Of a stretch of DNA of 21,050 nucleotides, positions 17,124 to 21,050 are shown piece after piece. This stretch comes from an uncultured Deferribacteres bacterium (GTDB lineage: Bacteria; Zhuqueibacterota; Zhuqueibacteria; Zhuqueibacterales; Geothermadaptataceae), in the NCBI GenBank assembly GCA_964014485.1, contig CAXHAT010000141.1, forward strand, positions 1 through 21,050, read 5' to 3'. Positions within the stretch are counted from its first letter, which is position 1. Every line of letters starts with the position of its first letter. A model generated the notes under the pieces. It searched no databases. It was given only the letters and a program-made list of their open reading frames with translations, and was not told the origin of the DNA. Made by a program: the position numbers and the translations under genes.

Positions 17124-19013
17124 CTAAGCGTTGCCGTCTTTTTTCATTTCTTGTGAAAGCGCGTTTTCGAGCACGGAAATCGCATCATCGGTTGAGGGCA
17201 CGCCGCCGATATACTTCTGGTTGACGATGGACTGTATTTCTTCGCGATTCGGCATGACCAAATTGAGCTGCAGGATTTTTCGATAAATCTCGACCGCTTT
17301 TGCATCGTTGCGGTTGCTGAGCAGGTAGGCCTTTGCCAGCGAAGCATACAGCTTCAGGCGACCCGGATTCTTCTCAAGCAGGCCTTCGTAAATAGCTGCT
17401 GCTGCTGCGTACTTTCCGGCCATCAGGTAGAAACGTGCGCGAATAACCGGAGACATTGTGACGGCGCCGACCACGGGCGCAACGATAACCGCCGCCAAAA
17501 CGCCAATAATGACAAAAATCGAACTTCCGCTTTCCGAGTCGTCAACGTCATTCGCCGTAAGGCGGGCGCGTTCGTCGGCGACTTTTATGCGAGCGGTTGC
17601 AAGCAAGTCGGAGACGTCGTATTTGTTAGCGACGAGTCCGTTCAAGCGGCTGAGCGTGTTTTCTGCAGCGCGCCAGTTTTCCACCGCCATTTGTTCGAGC
17701 GCGCGCTGATAGAGCGAATCGGCTTCGGCGTTATTGTCGGGCATGGTCATCACCGGCGTTTGCGAAACAAATGCCTGCTCGGTGATTTTTTGCTCAATTT
17801 TTGAGATCAACTGCGAGGTGTTTTTGTAAGCGGGGTCCAGAATCCGAACTTTCTCAAAGGCAGTAAGTGCGCGCGTGTAATCTTCAGCTTGCATAGCAGC
17901 CATGCCTTCGACATAGAGCTCAATGATTTGCGTTTTCTTGCCTTGTTCGCTCAACGCTTCCTGCGCTTTCTGCAGACGTTTTGCGGCGGCCTTGTTGTCC
18001 GGCTCGAGCTTGACGACTCTCTCAAAAGCAATCACGGCTTGAATCCAGTCGCCCTTGCCCAGCGCTTCTTCTCCGGCGAGGTATTGGGAACGCGCTTCTT
18101 TCGCCGATTTTTTCCTCTGTAATTCCGTTCGTGCAGTGTTCAAACGGCTTTCCAGACCAACGATTGGCTCGCTAGAAGTGCGCTTTAAATTCTCATAAAT
18201 GGCAATCGCCATCTCGAACTTGCCGTCCTGCTCGTAGCTCTCCGCCTGTTTTAAGGCGGTCATGTTGGAATTGGCGCGGTCTTTTTGTGCAACGGCGGTT
18301 CGCAAGCTCGCAATGCGCTGGCCAACGTCACGATAAGTGCTGTCAATTTGCTGAACCTGGACAAACAATGAAAAAGCGGATTCCGTCTCTTGCTTGGTCT
18401 GTGCATCCAGCGCCTTGGCGTAAAGCTGCTGCAGCATGATTTCGCGATTCGACGATTCTACAATTTTGGCGAAGAGGTTTTTGTATGCCGGGCTGAGGTC
18501 TTGGCCTTCGTTTGCTTCCGCCAGCGCTTCGACGTACCGCTTTTCATCGTGTAAAATTCGGCTAAGTTCGTAAATAATCTGTGTGCGTTTCTCGCGATGT
18601 TTCGCCGAAGCCTTTGCTTCGCGCAAAGTGGCGATGCTTTCCGCAACGTTCCCCAATTGCTTGTGCATGGAAGCCAATTCATAAAGAATCGCGACCCGGG
18701 TCTCTTTTTTAATGCGCCGTTTTTTAATGCTTTCGGCCGCTTTGAAATGAGCAAGCGCTTCAACGTAATTTTTTTGTTTTTTCTCAAGCAGCCCCAGGTT
18801 GTAAAACGCTTCAACAAATTTTGGATCGACTTCAGTCGCTTTCTTGAAAGCCGCGATTTTTTTAGCGACGTCTTGCTCTTGCGTCGCTTTGTTAAACCAT
18901 TTCACGGCTTCGGGGTTGGTTGTGGAATTTTCCAGCGCCGATGCGTTCATAGCAAAGGCGGCGCTCAGGACAAAAAACAGTGCGGCGCGGCTGGCGGTGA
19001 ACAGACTTCTCAT
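17124..19013 (-). CDS. Single-pass membrane TPR protein, paralog of 14917-16839
   Basis: GAGGAG RBS, signal peptide, TPR DPKFVEAFYNLGLL, TM IFVIIGVLAAVIVAPVVGAV, cytoplasmic TPR-like tail ending DAISVLENAL. Confidence 0.88.
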   Translation of the reverse strand: MRSLFTASRAALFFVLSAAFAMNASALENSTTNPEAVKWFNKATQEQDVAKKIAAFKKATEVDPKFVEAFYNLGLLEKKQKNYVEALAHFKAAESIKKRRIKKETRVAILYELASMHKQLGNVAESIATLREAKASAKHREKRTQIIYELSRILHDEKRYVEALAEANEGQDLSPAYKNLFAKIVESSNREIMLQQLYAKALDAQTKQETESAFSLFVQVQQIDSTYRDVGQRIASLRTAVAQKDRANSNMTALKQAESYEQDGKFEMAIAIYENLKRTSSEPIVGLESRLNTARTELQRKKSAKEARSQYLAGEEALGKGDWIQAVIAFERVVKLEPDNKAAAKRLQKAQEALSEQGKKTQIIELYVEGMAAMQAEDYTRALTAFEKVRILDPAYKNTSQLISKIEQKITEQAFVSQTPVMTMPDNNAEADSLYQRALEQMAVENWRAAENTLSRLNGLVANKYDVSDLLATARIKVADERARLTANDVDDSESGSSIFVIIGVLAAVIVAPVVGAVTMSPVIRARFYLMAGKYAAAAAIYEGLLEKNPGRLKLYASLAKAYLLSNRNDAKAVEIYRKILQLNLVMPNREEIQSIVNQKYIGGVPSTDDAISVLENALSQEMKKDGNA

Positions 19014-19048
19014 AACAGGCTCCTCTCAGTTGTGTTTCCTCAAAACGC

Positions 19049-20680
19049 TCAGAACTCGACGGCCAGAATGTCGCCGCCGGCAATACGGTTGTCCGATTTC
19101 TCCCGAATAATATTTCCCTCTCTGTCCCGTATAGAAATGGCGTAAACGCCCGGCCGCAGATAAAACCCGTTTTCCAAATACGCTTTCAAGTCGCCCAGCC
19201 TGGAATCGTTGACAAAAATGCTCGCTTCATCGTAAGCCTCGGCGCTAAAGCTTCCGACCAGATAGATCAAGCCGCGATTCTCGTTCGTCTGCTGATTTCT
19301 CGATCTTGCGCTCGGCTCTCTGTCGCCGATAGTTTCGGCATTTCTTGTTTGCGCACTGAAATCGTTCGACTTGCGATTGGCAACGGATTCCAGATAAATA
19401 TTTTGTTTCTGATAAATGATTTTCTGCGTGGAATCCGCGACCGCCCAAGTGTATGTTCCAGCGTAAACGGGCAAGCCGCGAGTGAACTCGGACAATTCAT
19501 CCAAGATGCGCGCGCCGCGTAAGCTCCGCAGGAGATCGAGATGCGTTTTGTCCGTTACCTGCAGCAAGACAAGCGTTCCCGCTTCCGAAATTGGCGCATC
19601 GCTGGCTTGTGGAATAAAACTGGTTGGACTGAGACGAGATTCGCCTGCGAGCAAACCGCTGTTGAGGACGGGAGAATGCCCGGCTTCCTGGCCGTTTTGC
19701 TGCCAGAAAAAAACAGCAAGAATAATAAGTGCAGCCGCGGCGGCGGCATAAGCGAATAACTTGTTGGGAAGCTTGTTTTTCTGCACCGGAACGGCGTAAG
19801 CGCCCTTGATCAGTCTCGTTAAAAACGCGCCGACTTTTTCAGATTCATCGCTAAGCGTTTTTTCAAAAACCGTCGGCGCCAATGCGTCGCCGGCGTTATC
19901 GGAAATGTGAATGACCCCGGCGGTAATATTGTCAGAGCCGTCCATTTGCTTGGCCAAAGCTACAATTCTGGAAACCATATCTTGATGCGTTTCATAAGGT
20001 GCGGAGAGTACGCTGTGGATTAATTCGTCGGCGAGGGCGTTGTGCAGGCCATCGGAGCAGAAGAGATAGGCGTCGCCTTCGCGGGTATTTTCAATTCTCA
20101 AATCGACTTTGACGGTGGGATAAATGCCAAGCGCGCGAGTGAGTACGTTTTTCTTGCTAAAATCCTGTACTTCCTGCTCGCTGATTTCCTGATCTTCCAG
20201 CAGTTCGTTGATCCAGGAATGATCTTTCGTCAACGCTTCCAATTTATTGTCGCGCAGACGGTAAATTCTGCTGTCGCCCACATTGGCGGTAAAAATCCAG
20301 CCGTCGTGAAGAACGGCGGCAACCAGCGTTGATCCCATGCCGCGAAACTGTGGATTTGAAGCGGCGTGCGTGATCACGCGGCGGTTGGCCAGACGCACGG
20401 CGGCGAGCAAACGCATCGCCGGTTCGGGAAGCTCGTCGTCAACGTCTTCACACGCTTTTTCAAGATCAACCTCGAGTTGGCCGCTGAGAACGTCTCGGAC
20501 TGTTTCGCACGCAAGACGGCTCGCCAGCGCGCCCGAGGCGTGTCCGCCCATGCCGTCGCAAACGACGAAAAATTTGTGCTCTGGAGAATAATAAAAGGCG
20601 TCTTCGTTTTCCTTACGCACCAGGCCGACGTCGGTGGCCGCCGCCATTCCCGCCTGAACGTCCTGTTTCTGTTCGATCAT
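19049..20680 (-). CDS. PP2C (PrpC/Stp1-type) Ser/Thr phosphatase with TM helix and C-terminal extracytoplasmic domain
   Basis: Motifs TDVGLVRKENED, VCDGMGG, NVGDSRIY, LTKDHS, NVLTRALG, CSDGL and SDNIT are intact. TM LFAYAAAAAALIILAVFFW. Confidence 0.93.
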   Translation of the reverse strand: MIEQKQDVQAGMAAATDVGLVRKENEDAFYYSPEHKFFVVCDGMGGHASGALASRLACETVRDVLSGQLEVDLEKACEDVDDELPEPAMRLLAAVRLANRRVITHAASNPQFRGMGSTLVAAVLHDGWIFTANVGDSRIYRLRDNKLEALTKDHSWINELLEDQEISEQEVQDFSKKNVLTRALGIYPTVKVDLRIENTREGDAYLFCSDGLHNALADELIHSVLSAPYETHQDMVSRIVALAKQMDGSDNITAGVIHISDNAGDALAPTVFEKTLSDESEKVGAFLTRLIKGAYAVPVQKNKLPNKLFAYAAAAAALIILAVFFWQQNGQEAGHSPVLNSGLLAGESRLSPTSFIPQASDAPISEAGTLVLLQVTDKTHLDLLRSLRGARILDELSEFTRGLPVYAGTYTWAVADSTQKIIYQKQNIYLESVANRKSNDFSAQTRNAETIGDREPSARSRNQQTNENRGLIYLVGSFSAEAYDEASIFVNDSRLGDLKAYLENGFYLRPGVYAISIRDREGNIIREKSDNRIAGGDILAVEF

Positions 20681-20993
20681 CTCTCACAATCCCGTCAATG
20701 TTGATAGAAAAGCCCCTGTTTTTTCCATACAACAATTGCAGGCTTTTGCGCACCGGCGGAAATGAAGTTCTTGCAATTTTCATATGCCTGCATTCGATGC
20801 GCAGTTGGGATAATCCTTTTTCATGACGTTACTTATTTCATTTCTTAACTGATTTTACGCGCCAGCTATGAAGCCAAAGAAACTCCTGTTAAAGTCATTC
20901 CCGCGCAGGCGCATATGCGTCAACCTAATTTTGAAAGAAGTCGGGCTTTGATGCGTTTATACTCTCAAGGTGCTGTTTTTTAAGATGTTGATT

Positions 20994-21050
20994 TTTCATT
21001 AGCCCCGTCCTTCAGGGCGGGGTTGAGGCGAAATCGCGCTCATCCCCTTC
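20994..21050. repeat. Second copy of the TTAG REP/REPIN-like element, cut by the window end
   Basis: TTTCATTAGC, then CCCCGTCCT-TC-AGGGCGGGG, then GCGCTCAT...CCTTC, paralleling the element at 12331-12388. Confidence 0.65.

Noticed and set aside
18597..19145. 182-aa plus-strand ORF and other short overlapping ORFs in the TPR/PP2C region
   Set aside because: They overlap well-supported minus-strand genes and show no coding signatures.
20770..20870. Sigma-54 promoter upstream of PP2C (minus strand AGGCAT...TTGC and TGGCGC)
   Set aside because: GG-to-GC spacing is 12 nt rather than 10 in the first, and the second lacks a -12 TTGC.

Overview
Bacterial chromosomal window (~50% GC) with 16 supportable CDSs. 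The lipoproteins, Planctomycete-type cytochrome c domain and likely beta-barrel suggest a diderm organism such as an FCB/KSB1-like lineage (inference only). The left 12 kb holds mixed genes: a Spy/CpxP-like lipoprotein, DUF423, an M20 peptidase, a probable outer-membrane protein, a minus-strand three-gene operon (cytochrome c/beta-propeller lipoprotein, QW-repeat protein with CxxCH, small membrane protein), a PHP metallohydrolase, LysE, VOC and an RNB ribonuclease. The right 8 kb (12574-20680, minus strand) is the main find, a four-gene candidate transmembrane signalling module. It encodes an intact membrane-anchored PP2C phosphatase, two paralogous single-pass TPR receptor-like proteins, and a cytoplasmic protein fusing TPRs, a degenerate class III nucleotide cyclase domain and a degenerate Hanks-type kinase domain, i.e. 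an apparent double pseudoenzyme. Intergenic regions carry several REP/REPIN-like and MITE-like palindromic elements, but no transposase is in the window. All assignments come from motif recognition by eye; no searches were run.
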